The translations under genes and the position numbers were made by a program. Under the pieces are notes generated by a model. The model was given only the letters and a program-made list of their open reading frames with translations, made no database searches and had not been told where the DNA came from. Shown piece by piece: positions 26,898-38,487 of a DNA stretch of 52,589 nt (positions are counted from its first letter, which is position 1; every line of letters starts with the position of its first letter). Source of the stretch: Chiloscyllium plagiosum (Eukaryota); NCBI RefSeq assembly GCF_004010195.1, contig NC_057728.1:47210311-47262899 (forward strand), written 5' to 3'.

Positions 26898-27239
26898 AGA
26901 ATCATGGAATGCCTACAATATGACAGCAAGACTTTCAACCCATCGAATCCACACCGACCCTCCAAAGGGCATCCCACCCCCACCATCATCTTATCCCTGT
27001 AATCCTGTGTTTCCTGTGGCTAATCCACCAAGCCTGCATATCCCTGGACACTACGGATAATTCAGCATGGCCAATCCACTGAACTTGCACATCTTTGGAC
27101 TGTGGGAGGAAGCTGGAGCACCCGGAGGAAACCCATTCAGATGCAGGGAGAATGTGCAAACATCACACAGCCTGGAAACAACTCTAGGTCCCTGGCACTG
27201 AGAGGCAGCAGTGCTACCCATTGAGCCACCATGCCATCT
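26898..27239 (-). mobile_element. HE1-like SINE
   Basis: Reverse complement starts gatggcatggtggctcaatgggtagcactgctgcctc; same body as 23444-23772. Confidence 0.8.
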
Positions 27240-28364
27240 CATTGACAGGCAACTAATCCTGGTCCCAGCTGCAGCAATCCGTACTCCTTGCCCATCTTCA
27301 AACTGTCCCCATAGGACAAACAAATTGCAGCTCATTATTTTTGTTTCTTGAAAAGAAAAGTATGTTTTTAGCATAGTAACAGACTGATTGAAAAAAATTT
27401 CATTTCACTCCAAATTAAATTATCTAAGGGGATTCTTTAATGCTTTTCCTCTTCACATTTACAACAATGGATGGATCTGAATAACATCAATATGCACAAC
27501 TTGTTCAATTTTCTACTGCTCTCCGCTGCCCGAAGATGAATCTAACAACATTAGATGGCTTCTTACCATTTTCATCAAAACACCATTTTAGTTTTGTCAG
27601 TTGTATAGTAGAAACTTGAAAAAATTTTGTCAATGAATTTCACAGATCAGGATTACACCACTTCCAAACTTTAAGGGTAGAAACTTGCTTGGGCCTATTT
27701 CTGACACTACACAGGCCTGAAGCATGCTGGATGTTAGGCTTTAGGCCTGATAAGCACTCTCTGTGTCAGCTACTGCTACCCCAGTGGGTCAAAAGTAGCT
27801 CACGCATTCAGTATACCAATTGTCAATACTTGTTAGCAGTGACCTGCAGTTAAGCCCCAGGAGAGGAGTTGGAGCAAGCAACAGTGAGGGATGGGGATTA
27901 GGTAGGGATAAAGTAAGCCAGATGACTGTGAACCATCTGTTTCCCCTCCGATCACAGCAACATTAGAACAAAACATCTTTCTGAGCAGGACAGTTGCTTG
28001 ACAAACATAGCAACATGCAAACTGAGAGCTGACTTGCTGCTAAATCTGAAAGTATTGCACATATTTGACACCCGAGAAATGGACAGTTTCTACCTGTTAG
28101 TATTTGTTGATTTGGCTGATTTGAAGCATGGTGAAGGATGCTACAAATAACTTTAGCGTTTGCAGTTTGAGAAGGTAGCTTGTGATGAATTTCACTGTCA
28201 GTGTTTTAATAAAATGTTTCTATCTGAAATGTTAGGCTATCTTTTCTCTTTATAGATGCAAACAGACCTGTTGTACTTTTTCAGCACTTTTGCTTTTTTT
28301 CCCTTCAGAATTCTCGCACTCAGATTATTGTTGATTTTTTAAAATTTCTCTCACCGGGCATGAG

Positions 28365-28535
28365 CATTTCTGGCTGGCCAGCATTTATTACCAACCCCTC
28401 GTTGTCCTTGAGAAGGTGATGATGAGCTGCCTTCTTGAACCACTGCAGTCAACTGCTGTAGGTTGAGTCACAGTACCCTTAGGGAGGGAGTTCCAGGATT
28501 TTGACCCTGCGACAGTGCAGGAACAGGAATATATT
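28365..28535 (-). mobile_element. CR1/L2-type LINE 3' end (target of the PLE insertion; resumes 29077-29100)
   Basis: Reverse complement encodes KSWNSLP, an RT C-terminal motif. Confidence 0.55.
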
Positions 28536-29076
28536 GTTATGGTTCTGTTCGCCGAGCTGGAAATTTGTGTTGCAGACGTTTCGTCCCCTGTCTAGGTGAC
28601 ATCCTCAGTGCTTGGGAGCCTCCTGTGAAGCGCTTCTGTGATGTTTCCTCCGGCATTTATAGTGATTTGTATCTGCTGCTTCCGGTTGTCAGTTCCAGCT
28701 GTCCGCTGCAGTGGCCGATATATTGGATCCAGGTTGATGTGCTTGTTGATTGAATCAGTGGATGAGTGCCATGCCTCTAGGAATTCCCTGGCTGTTCTCG
28801 GTTTGGCTTGTCCGATAATAGTAGTGTTGTCCCTGGGCGGGACCTGGACCCAATATACCGGCCACTGCAGCGGACAGCTGGAACTGACAACCGGAAGCGG
28901 CAGATACAAATCACTATAAATGCCGGAGGAAAGATCACAGAAGCACTTCACAGGAGGCTCCCAAGCACTGAGGATGTCACCTAGACAGGGGACGAAATGT
29001 CTGCAACACAAATTTCCAGCTCGGCGAACAGAACCACAACAACGAGCACCCAAGCTACAAATCTTCTCCCAAACTT
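28536..29076. mobile_element. Palindromic PLE insertion (GIY-YIG C-terminus plus two inverted pseudo-LTRs), 15-bp TSD
   Basis: DNTTIIGQAKPRTAREFLEAWHSSTDSINKHINLDPIY in the loop; arms 28534-28734 and 28842-29042; TSD gaacaggaatatatt at 28521-28535 and 29077-29091. Confidence 0.92.
28572..28611 (-). ncRNA. Minimal type I hammerhead ribozyme motif
   Basis: gca-CTGAGGA-t-gtcacct-agac-aggggac-GAAA-cgtc-tgc: core, stem II, ACGU palindrome in place of stem III, stem I gca/tgc. Activity untested. Confidence 0.7.
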
Positions 29077-29102
29077 GAACAGGAATATATTTCCAAATGC
29101 CA

Positions 29103-29428
29103 AGTAGTTATACTACTGGACTGTTAATTCAGAGACCGATACAATGTTCTGGGGATCCAGGTTCAAATCCCACCATGGCAAATGGTAGAATTTGACTTAA
29201 GTAAAAAAAATCTGGAATTAAAGAGTCTAATAATGACCATGAATCCATTGACGAATGTTGGGAAAATGCACCTGGTTCACGAATGTCCTTTAGGGAAGGA
29301 AACTTGCTTTCTTACCTGATCTGGCCTCCATGTGACCCACAGCAATGTGGTTGACTTTTAACTGTCCTCTCCATTGGGCAATATATGCTGACAGTGACAT
29401 CTTCACCCCATGAATGAATATACAAAAA
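29103..29428 (+). mobile_element. tRNA-derived SINE
   Basis: B-box-like ggttcaaatcc at ~29160; ends ccccatgaatgaat...aaaaaa. Confidence 0.6.
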
Positions 29429-29810
29429 ACATGTCAAGAGGGTGATTTCAATTATTACTCAATAATTCCATGTGGGAGTTCGCCAATTTGGATATGGAGT
29501 AAGAACATGGTTGATCTGAGCTAGAATGGAGTCAAAAATACACTTGTCAAGGTTTCCACATCTGACATGGTGAACTGGAAGCTGTTGTGAAAGCAGATAT
29601 ATTTGCGTGGAAACCGAAGACAGTTTGAAGAGTGACGTGTGGAAAAATACATTTTGAAAAATAAACAGACATTTCTGTATTTGGTTACTGTACAAAATTT
29701 TATCAGACTTAAAATGCCATATTTTTTGTTTAAAATACATAAGCTATAGGTTTTCATTTAGAAAATCTACAATATTAATAACATGAAAAGGGCTAAATTA
29801 ACATTTTCTT

Positions 29811-29861
29811 TTTATTTCTGTCAGTATTCTGTGGAATACTTCTCAAGCTGTACTTTTTATT
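29811..29861 (-). promoter_or_regulatory. Candidate poly(A) signals of trhde (two AATAAA)
   Basis: TTTATT on + at 29811-29816 and 29856-29861, about 540-580 nt after the stop in AT-rich sequence with no repeat I could recognise. The true 3' end may lie further downstream. Confidence 0.4.
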
Positions 29862-30395
29862 GAGAAGAAAATTAAAATTGGGCTTAACTTCCAATTATCA
29901 TCGTTTTAAGCACACATTTATATCAATAGGTTGCAAGAACTGATTCCCATGTCCAGTTTTCCACATTCATTGTCCATAACAGTTGTCGTGCTTTAAAATA
30001 TTTGCATAAGATTACCATTTTGTTTCAGAATAAGAACATTGCAAATACACAAAATTGGAAATTTTGAAAGCTAGCATGCTGGAATGCAGAAGGGACAAAA
30101 TATTCATGCAGAAAATACATTTCAAACCATTCCTTTCTTCACAGAGTATTAATAACATGCACTAGTTGTAAAAACATTCTTTGTCCCACATAGCCATTTC
30201 CAATGTTAATAGCAGATCTTCTTTTCAAAATCCTCCTGGCAGGAAGGAACGGTATAATCTGTAGAAAGATGCAAAACCAACGCAAAAATCTGCAGTGCAT
30301 TTCTTCTTTCCCTTTCTCATAAAAGTAGAGAATTTTTTAAATAGTACAAATGCATAAAAGTACTTCATGCTATAAATATCGAGACGTGCCACAAA

Positions 30396-30539
30396 TTAAC
30401 TGCTCAGGGATTTTCTGAGCCACTGGAACAGCTCGTCTTCAAAGAGACCATGCCATCGAACATTTGCTTCCACAATTTCGATGGCTTGTGTGAATGAGGC
30501 ATCTGCTCCTGCTCTGACATTCTTTATAAACTCCTTCAG
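30396..30539 (-). CDS. trhde: trhde terminal coding exon (~exon 19) including TAA stop
   Basis: LKEFIKNVRAGADASFTQAIEIVEANVRWHGLFEDELFQWLRKSLSS*, cf. mammalian VETVEANVRWKMLYQDELFQWL; ttttacag acceptor, phase 0. Confidence 0.96.
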   Translation of the reverse strand: MKEFIKNVRAGADASFTQAIEIVEANVRWHGLFEDELFQWLRKSLSS

Positions 30540-30892
30540 CTGTAAAATTATGAAAAAAAAAATTTTTTTATAAGTAACTTGGAACTGCCAAATGCTTGCT
30601 GTGGTAGGAGAGTACAGCTGGTGTGATGTCCTTTACAGACCAGACAGATCAAATAAGAAGCACCATTTGTCTTGTTTATAGCTTGCAAAGTTTGTTTGAT
30701 CCATTTTTACTTAAGTTGCGGCACAAGTTTTTTTTGAAGCAGAGAGTGGGGTCCAGATTGGAGGGAGATGAATGGGGGGAACTACACTCCCACATCGGTG
30801 AGAATGGCTCTGTATCAGGTCAGTTTTCTGGCAGGTAGCTAATTCAGGCAAGTTATGCACAAATTAGGATTTTGCATTGGTCATGTCAATGA

Positions 30893-30942
30893 ATGATGAT
30901 GATGATGACGATGATGACGATGATGACGACGACGACGACGAC
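30893..30942. repeat. (GAT/GAC)n microsatellite in the last trhde intron
   Basis: About 16 GAY units. Confidence 0.95.
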
Positions 30943-31314
30943 ATGATGGATTCAGGGTCAGAGATGAAGAGGTTGAGGGCCTGGGGTGTTGATGGATCAC
31001 CCAAACCCCCCAAATCCAAAACAACTGTTGGGGCACAGCCACTGCCAACCGCCATCCCCTAGAAAGGTTGCCCCTCTAGAAATATGTGTCCTAATCAAAG
31101 AGGAGCCTGCTCCACGGAACTTCAATTCACTATAAATTGAAAATCCCAGTGACCCTGCCCAAAACAGGAGCAGGAACCAGAATGAGACACCATTTTCCAT
31201 GCCCCTCCCTGATTAAAAATTCAATCGGTGATGTCTCGTGAAAAGAGCGTTGGCAAGTGATCTAGAGCTACTCACATAATGGGCACAAAGCTGACAAGAT
31301 TGGCTGTATTATTT

Positions 31315-31660
31315 GAGTTTCTTCAACTCCCCTCCCCCCACCTCATCCCAGATCGAACCCTCCAAATTGCCACCGCCCTCTTGAACTGTCCTACCTGTCC
31401 ATCTTCCTTCCCACCTATCTGCTCCACCCTCCTCTCCAACCTATCATCATCAACTCCCACCTGCATTTACCTATCACCTTTCCAGCTACCTTCCCATCAC
31501 CCCCACCCTCCTATTTATCTTTCAGACCCCTCCCTCTTTATCTCTCAGTTCCACCCCCCCACCTCCCATATTCCTGATAAAGGGCTTATGTCCGAAACAT
31601 CAAGTCTCCTGCTCCTCGGATGCTGCATGACCTGCTGTGCTTTCCAGCCACACATTTTGA
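31315..31660 (+). mobile_element. PLE pseudo-LTR fragment (hammerhead core mutated)
   Basis: Homologous to 17950-18259; ttcctgataaagggcttatgtccgaaacatc. Confidence 0.75.
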
Positions 31661-31683
31661 CTGTATTACTTGAACAAAGCTAA

Positions 31684-31830
31684 AAATTACACAACACCAG
31701 GTTATAGTCCAACATGAAGGAGCAGCGCTCCGAAAGCTAGTGCTTCCAAATAAACCTGTTGGACTATAACCTGGTGTTATGTGATTTTTAACTTTGTACA
31801 CCCCAGTCCAACACCGGCTTCTCCAAATCC
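31684..31830 (+). mobile_element. Short PLE-type insertion with inverted 5' segment, 13-bp TSD
   Basis: TSD tga(a/c)caaagctaa at 31671-31683 and 31831-31843; 31682-31714 is the reverse complement of ~31757-31790; partial hammerhead atga-a-ggagc-agc-gctcc-gaaa. Confidence 0.8.
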
Positions 31831-33565
31831 TGACCAAAGCTAATACTGATGCCTGGTGCTGTTTCCAGTTTAGGGAGATATTTGAAGCTGGGAGCTGCCA
31901 GCATTGAATGGGTGGATACTGTAAAGCCTTTAATCTAATTCAGGACCATGGGTAAGGGTTCACCACTTAGCACCAATACCATACTGATGGCAAACTCTGT
32001 TACTGAAAACTGTCAACTGTGCCTTGCAACCAGTGTAAGACCTCAATTTGTATTTGCAGACAGTGTTCCTCCTCCTCCTGTGCATGTGGGTGTGCTGGCC
32101 ATCAATTTACAAGCAATTAAGAAAGGACCAGGCAAAATGCTCCACTTGTCAAACGTAGTTGAAAATGACCCCTTTGATGTCTGGAATCGCGGCTGCAGCA
32201 TCTCAATTAAAAAAAGTTTCCTGATTTAACAACAAATTGAGAAATAGTTTGTAGCAACAAGACAAGTCCAATCGACTTGCTTGGCTGGATCGCAATTCAA
32301 TTTGTTTTGACCTTGGAATGTTGTCAAACGGAGATGTTCCACTGACTAAGAAGCAACGAATTGATCCATTAGATGAAATATCTGATTCATGTTATTCAGT
32401 CAGAAGGACCTCAGCCCCACTTATCAAATTTACTTGGTAAGCATATTGCACAGTCACATTTATTGTGAGAGAACGGATCAATTAAAACAAATGGCGGGTT
32501 ATGATAAAGGTAGATATAATTATAATATAACTTGTATTTTAGGTTCTGCATGGAATTTCTAAGCTACAAATGTCCTTTTAAGCACTTAATTTTCTGTTGA
32601 TGGTAAGATCCCTTTTGTATGGTGAACCATATGACCTTTTACCAGGCGCATAATATCACAGCTTAAGAATTTTCATGTACATCAGTCTAGCTAAGCCAAC
32701 ATAATATAATAAAGTTCAGGGTTCTACTAGCTTCAGGAGTGCAAAATCTTATCAAGATAGATTTTTAAAAATCCTTCTAAAACTGTCCAAACCTTAAAAT
32801 TGCTCAGGATGTTTGGTGGTTGCATTGCTTTAGAACTGTATAATTTCATTAGATTTCTTTTTAAAATACATCAACAACTTTTATATTTCAATGAGTCAGT
32901 AACTGTCCTGTGTTTAATGAAATGTTGAGGGAGTATTCTTAGGAATTTAATCACAATATGGGAGTTGTTTATTGCTGAACACACTGCTACTGGAAAAAGT
33001 TTATTGCTATTTTATGCTGACATATCAAAAAGGTGCTGCACTACAATATCATAATAGCACTTTGGATCAACTGGAAACCTTCATTTACATTTCAAAGGGA
33101 CTCCATGGGTTAAGAGTTGCCCAGAGTATAGAACCTCCAATATGTTCTCTCCAAAGGTCATAACAATCAATGCCAAGGACTAGTTAAATTTGTCATGCTT
33201 TGGCTAATAATTGGTAAAACTATAATAATGATTCATGTAAATAGTTGTCTCTCTCAACTTCTTGTGTACTCAAGGTGAACTCTTGGAGAAAAACAAAACT
33301 TGAGAGGAGGCCTTGATATAATTGTCTATTTGAAAATGATAAAATAAATTATAATTTTAATCTTTAAATGGTTGGTGGTAATTATGTTGTTATAGTCAGA
33401 TGATCTTGATAAATCTTTCTAACTATACATGTGCCTTGATCTTGCACTTTGAAACTTAAAATTCAGAATGCAGCATTGTTTGAAGAAATCAATAATATAG
33501 AAATTGAATCTTGGTGCAACAATCCATGTGGCCAGAAGGTACCTAGATAATGCAGGGAAGCATTC

Positions 33566-33780
33566 TAGTGTCGAGTGTGTGTTGTTGGGAAAGCACAGCA
33601 GCTCAGGTAGCATCTGAGGAGCAGGAGAGTTGACGTTTCAGGCGTAAGCCCTTCCTGATGAAAGGTTGATGCCCGAAACGTTGATTCTCCTGCTCCTTGG
33701 ATGCTGCCTGAGCTGCTGTGCTTTTCCAGCACCACACTCTCGACTCTGATTTCCAGCATCTGCAGTCCTCACTTTCTCCT
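33566..33780. mobile_element. Palindromic PLE terminal-repeat insertion
   Basis: Arms of ~85 bp (33570-33654 and 33659-33743) meet at the hammerhead; degenerate TSD agggaagcattc/aggaaagaattc at 33554-33565 and 33781-33792. Confidence 0.85.
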
Positions 33781-33889
33781 AGGAAAGAATTCCAACTTAA
33801 CATCAGGTCAGGCCATAATTTCGGAGTCTCTAATAAGTGCCTGGGATACATGTTAACCATCTTTCATACGTAAACCAGAGGCCAGCAAA

Positions 33890-34775
33890 GAGTCATAAAG
33901 CACATCAAAGTTAGCGCTGGCCTATCTATACTATCTAGCAGTTGGTCCATAGCCTTGAATGTTATAACATTTCAGGTTCACATCCATATAAAAGCTTGTG
34001 TGGTTTCCTGCCTCTCCCGCCCTCCTGGGCATTGCTTTCCAGATTCCCACCACCACCTGAGTGAAAAGGAAGTCCTCAACTCACTTCTAAACCTCCTGCT
34101 TTTCTTTTTAAAATTTTGCCCCCTCGTTACTGACCCTTCAGCTAAGGTCACAGCTGCGTTCTATTCACCCTGTGCATGCCCCTCAATCTTATACACACCA
34201 ATCAGGTCCCTTCTCAGCTTTCTCTGTTCTAAAGAAAAGAAACCAAGCCTATTCAGCCTCTTTATAGTGAAAAAGCTCCAAACCAGACAACATCTTGGTG
34301 AATCTCCTCAGTGCAATCACATCCTTCCTATAATGTGGCAACCAGAACTGCACACAGTCTCTAGCTGTGGCCTAAGCAAAGGTTTGTACAGCTCCAACAT
34401 AATCTTTGATTTATATCTATAATTTATAATCTATACCATGACTGATCAGGAGCAGGAGAATCAACGTTTTGGGCATCCTGTGATGCCTTAATCACCCTAC
34501 CAGCCTGTTCTGCCACCTTCAAGGATCTTTGGACAAGCACCCCAAGATCCCTCTAGTAGTCTAAACGTCCTAATATCCTGCCATTCATTGAGTACTCCCT
34601 AGTCTTATTATTTCTTCCAAAGTGCATTACCTCACATTTACCAGGGTTAAATTCCATCTGTCGCTGATCTGCCCATTTGACCTATCCAGCTGCAGTCTCC
34701 AGAAACCTAAGACTTGCTTCCTCATTGTCAACTACCCTGCCCATCTTCATGTCATCTGCAAACTTACTTACCATT
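33890..34775 (-). mobile_element. Degenerate CR1 LINE 3' fragment
   Basis: Reverse complement has agtttgcagatgac (KFADD), tgtgaggtaatgcactttgg and ctgtgtgcagttctgg blocks. Confidence 0.8.
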
Positions 34776-35501
34776 TCTCTCTCCCACCCACATTTTCAAC
34801 TATGTTTTAATGTTTGTGTATGTTAACATTGGTGTTAAGGAAAGTGGATGGTACAGAGTAGATGCTAGGTCTAGCCTGTGAACTCCTCCTTAGGGACAGA
34901 TCCATTTATTTTATCCGATAATAACTACTGTGAATGGTGTAAGGACAATCTTTGCTTTCACAAAATCCAAATCTGCTGCTTTCCACCATCACCATTCTTT
35001 CCTATTATCAATCCACTTGCTCTGCTGGCACTTATTAAGTTCAGATCACTATCGATGGCACAAGTCATGTGGTAATTCATCGAGGTGCACTGATGCTAAG
35101 TTTTCTTAAAATGGCTGAGCTGCCTATGGAGGTATGGCAGATGGCTCATACAAATAATACCAATGAGGCTTGAGCCTAATTTGAGAACATGCTTTAGCCT
35201 CTTCTTTGGAGTACGTGGCACCTACTTAGAAGGCTCCAAAATTGGTCCAAACGAATTTCCACCCCAACAGACTTGTTTGAAAGATTTTCCTCTTCTGATT
35301 TATTCACACTAAAATAAGTAACATGCATGTAATTTACTACTAAACCTTGTGCTCAGTATACATGGTCAAATTAAAGTGAGGTTTTGTTAAGAGCTGTCAT
35401 TCTATGGGTTTGTTCCCTTTTTGAAAGTCACATTCTTAAGGATGATAACTAGAATCAAGTTCTAACAGAGACATTCCCTGTGCGTTGTTGGAACCACGTA
35501 C

Positions 35502-35583
35502 CTCCTTTAGTTCAGCTTCAGTACTCAGAAAGTCAGTCACACCTTTGATGAGCTTGGAGTTCATAAACAAAGCTTCTCCATAT
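35502..35583 (-). CDS. trhde: trhde coding exon (~exon 18), 82 bp
   Basis: YGEALFMNSKLIKGVTDFLSTEAELKE; aacag acceptor, GAG|gtacgt donor. Confidence 0.96.
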
Positions 35584-35718
35584 CTGTTAAAAAAATATTA
35601 CAAAACTTACTCAACAACATATGTTCGGTGCCTAAATCAGACTTTTATTTTGGCTCCATTCTTCAGAATACATCTTACATTTTTGCTTGTTCTATTTAAT
35701 TGTTTTTGTTCTATTTAC

Positions 35719-35859
35719 CTTGATTTAAAAACATTCCATTTATCCTGGAAAAATTTCCAGGCTAAGTCGCGTCCATTTGGATATTTTGCCACATGAATTA
35801 TAACATCTATGGTAGTCTGGTCTGGAACCATTTGAGAGTTTAAAGACAGATTCAGAAGT
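35719..35859 (-). CDS. trhde: trhde coding exon (~exon 17), 141 bp
   Basis: LLNLSLNSQMVPDQTTIDVIIHVAKYPNGRDLAWKFFQDKWNVFKS(R); ttttcag acceptor, AG|gtaaat donor; 82-bp upstream intron. Confidence 0.96.
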
Positions 35860-35941
35860 CTGAAAAGAGAAATCAGTTAGATTGATCCTTTAAATATTTG
35901 CATTTTATAAAAGGATTTTTAAAATAATTTTTTTTATTAAC

Positions 35942-36109
35942 CTGTTCAGCAGAACGGTATTTTTGCTGCATGCTAAAGCCTCCAGTAAAATTTTCTTCTC
36001 TGAAACAGCAGTTGAAGATTGGTATTTGGTCCAGATGAAATCCCAGACATTGTCATCCATGAGGGAAATCCCAGTGCAATAGGCAATGTCTCTGACGTTT
36101 GGTGGTATT
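35942..36109 (-). CDS. trhde: trhde coding exon (~exon 16), 168 bp
   Basis: Within ORF 35905..36123: IPPNVRDIAYCTGISLMDDNVWDFIWTKYQSSTAVSEKKILLEALACSKNTVLLN(R); ttcag acceptor, AG|gttaat donor. Confidence 0.96.
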
Positions 36110-36559
36110 CTGAAATGCACCATTACAAAGTGTTAGTTTTTGTACAGTATCTTGTTCAATACCTTGAGTTTCTGATACCCAGCTGTCATGAGGAGACTGC
36201 TGGGCTTACAAGCTAATAATTCATTCATGCAAGGTTAAGAATGAAATACAATTTATACTAATGCACATTAATATCTGGAGGTCAAGTTTTATAAAACTAT
36301 CTAGAGTTCAAGATTATTTTGACAAATACATAACATACAAGAAGCTTTGCATAATACCAGCAGCTTCTCCGAATAATGTCATTGAGACACCAGCTCAACT
36401 GGGACTGGCCTTGAGTTTCCTGTTTGGGAATATTCACATCATCCATTTCAAATTCAAACATGAACCTATAGGGATCCTCACCCAATTCTCATAACACCCT
36501 GGGGGAAGAAGTTGCAGCCTAGAAACAAATGTCAGAAGATGGCAAGGCCCAATGAAACA

Positions 36560-37243
36560 TAGTGTTGTTGAGCAGAGAAGCCTCAGGATTCAGGTACACA
36601 ATTCATCCAAGTTTGCATTATATACAGATAAGGAGATCGAAAAGGTATTCAGCACACATGCTTAAGTTGCTCAGACCTTTATGTATAGGAGTTGGGACAT
36701 TATGTTGACGTTCTCTTCTAGAGTGTTGTATCCAGTTCTGGTCTTCCTGCTATAGGAAGGATATTATTACACTGAAGAGGGTTCAGAAGAGATTTACCAG
36801 GATGTTGCTGGGAATGGAGGGTTTCAGTTACAAGGAGAGGCCGGACTTCTTTCCCTGGTGTGTAGGAGGTTGAGAGGTAAACTTGGTTTACAAGATCATG
36901 AGGGGTACAGATAAAATTAATGGCTGTTGCTTTTTCCTTAAGGTTTGCGGATTTCGAGTCGGGGGGCATATGTTTAAGGTGAGAGGAGAAAGGTATTAAA
37001 AAGATTTTTGACAATGTTTTTGACACAGAGAGTAGTTCACATACAGAATGAACTTTCAGAGGAATTGGTGGATGCAGGTACAGTTACAACATTTAGAAGA
37101 CACTGAGATAAATACATGAATAAGAAATGTTTGGAGGGATATGGGTCAAGCGCAGGCAAGTGGGATTAGTTTAGTTTGGGATTATAGTTGGTATGGACTG
37201 GTTGGACCATAGGATCTGTTTCTGTGCTGTATGACTCTATGAC
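36560..37243 (+). mobile_element. CR1 LINE 3' fragment
   Basis: gggttcagaagagatttaccaggatgttg; (tatgactc)n tail. Confidence 0.85.
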
Positions 37244-38487
37244 TTTATCAGCTTAACTTGCTCCTTGCTAGATGCAGCTTTAATATCTGGAGGTCAAGTT
37301 TTATAAAACTATCTAGAGTTCAAGATTATTTTGACCATAGGATCTGTTTCTGTGCTGTATGACTCTATGACTTTATCAGCTTAACTTGCTCCTTGCTAGA
37401 TGCAGCTTTATGCATTCTATATTTCAGTCACTTTCCCTTTTATAACTTCAGGGGTGTACTGATGTCGCTACATGTGCTCAATATGAGGTAACTTGTTGAA
37501 ATTATAGATAGACATGGGACAGATTTCCATTGACCTTAAGAAAAATGATGAATAGAACCCAATTCTGATATTGTGCCTCCATTCCCAGCAGTTTTTGCTG
37601 GCAGAGGAAGTGAGCCCACAACTTGCATTCCCGATTTAGCCATGTCCATTGTGGAGGTAGGTAGCTCCTTCACCCCCTCCCTGAATGAGGCAATATTCTC
37701 AAGAAATTATAGTTCATGGCCTCTCAGAAACCTATAGTATGATGCTGGAACCTAGTGAACAAAACCTTCAAAAGATTTTACCCATGTCCCTCCAGCCGAC
37801 GTATGCCTCCAACCCCTCCCAAAGGTATCTCAAAGTCCCCATAGAAATCCTTGACACCCCCTCATACCCAAAAGCCCTCACTCCTTCCAAGCCAATTCCT
37901 CCAACCACAATCAGCGTTGCATCATACCCTCCAAATACTTACTTGGCTATTTGTTCACCTGTAGTATATACAGACACACTCAAAAAAGCTCATAATTCTG
38001 ATCTCCACAATTATACGAATCTGAGAGAGTTGTACTGGATAAAGCTGCTCATACAAAATTCCATTCTGATTTATTGTCATTCAATTGCCCTGTACTGCTT
38101 TTGCCAGCTCTTCTTTGCCCAATATCTTCCATTGTTTTGAATAGAAAATCTTTAAGAGATAGACATCTTTATAGAACATTTACAGGCAAAGTTAGGAACT
38201 GTCTTTAATTGAATTACTTTTTTTGAAGCAACAGAGAAATGGCTCACTTTCATCTTTATTTCATTTTGGTTTCTCTGACACTAATATTCCATAAGTGTAT
38301 TACGGTCTGAATCACTTGGTTCAAGTTTCTGCAATTAGTAACCATTTCACATCGTTAGGAACATTGTGATTGGCCTTGGATTAGAATCAAGGAATATGGG
38401 GATAGTGGAGAAATATGGAGTTACCATAATTTTATTGATTGACAGACAATGTTACTGTACTGTACCCCTTACTGTACTTCTTATAAG

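Noticed and set aside
30877..31062. Poly-Asp ORF (+) and poly-Ser ORF (-)
   Set aside because: Product of a GAY microsatellite in an intron; no recognisable protein.
37685..38140. 151-aa Pro/Ser-rich ORF
   Set aside because: Intronic, antisense to trhde, compositionally biased, no domain recognised.
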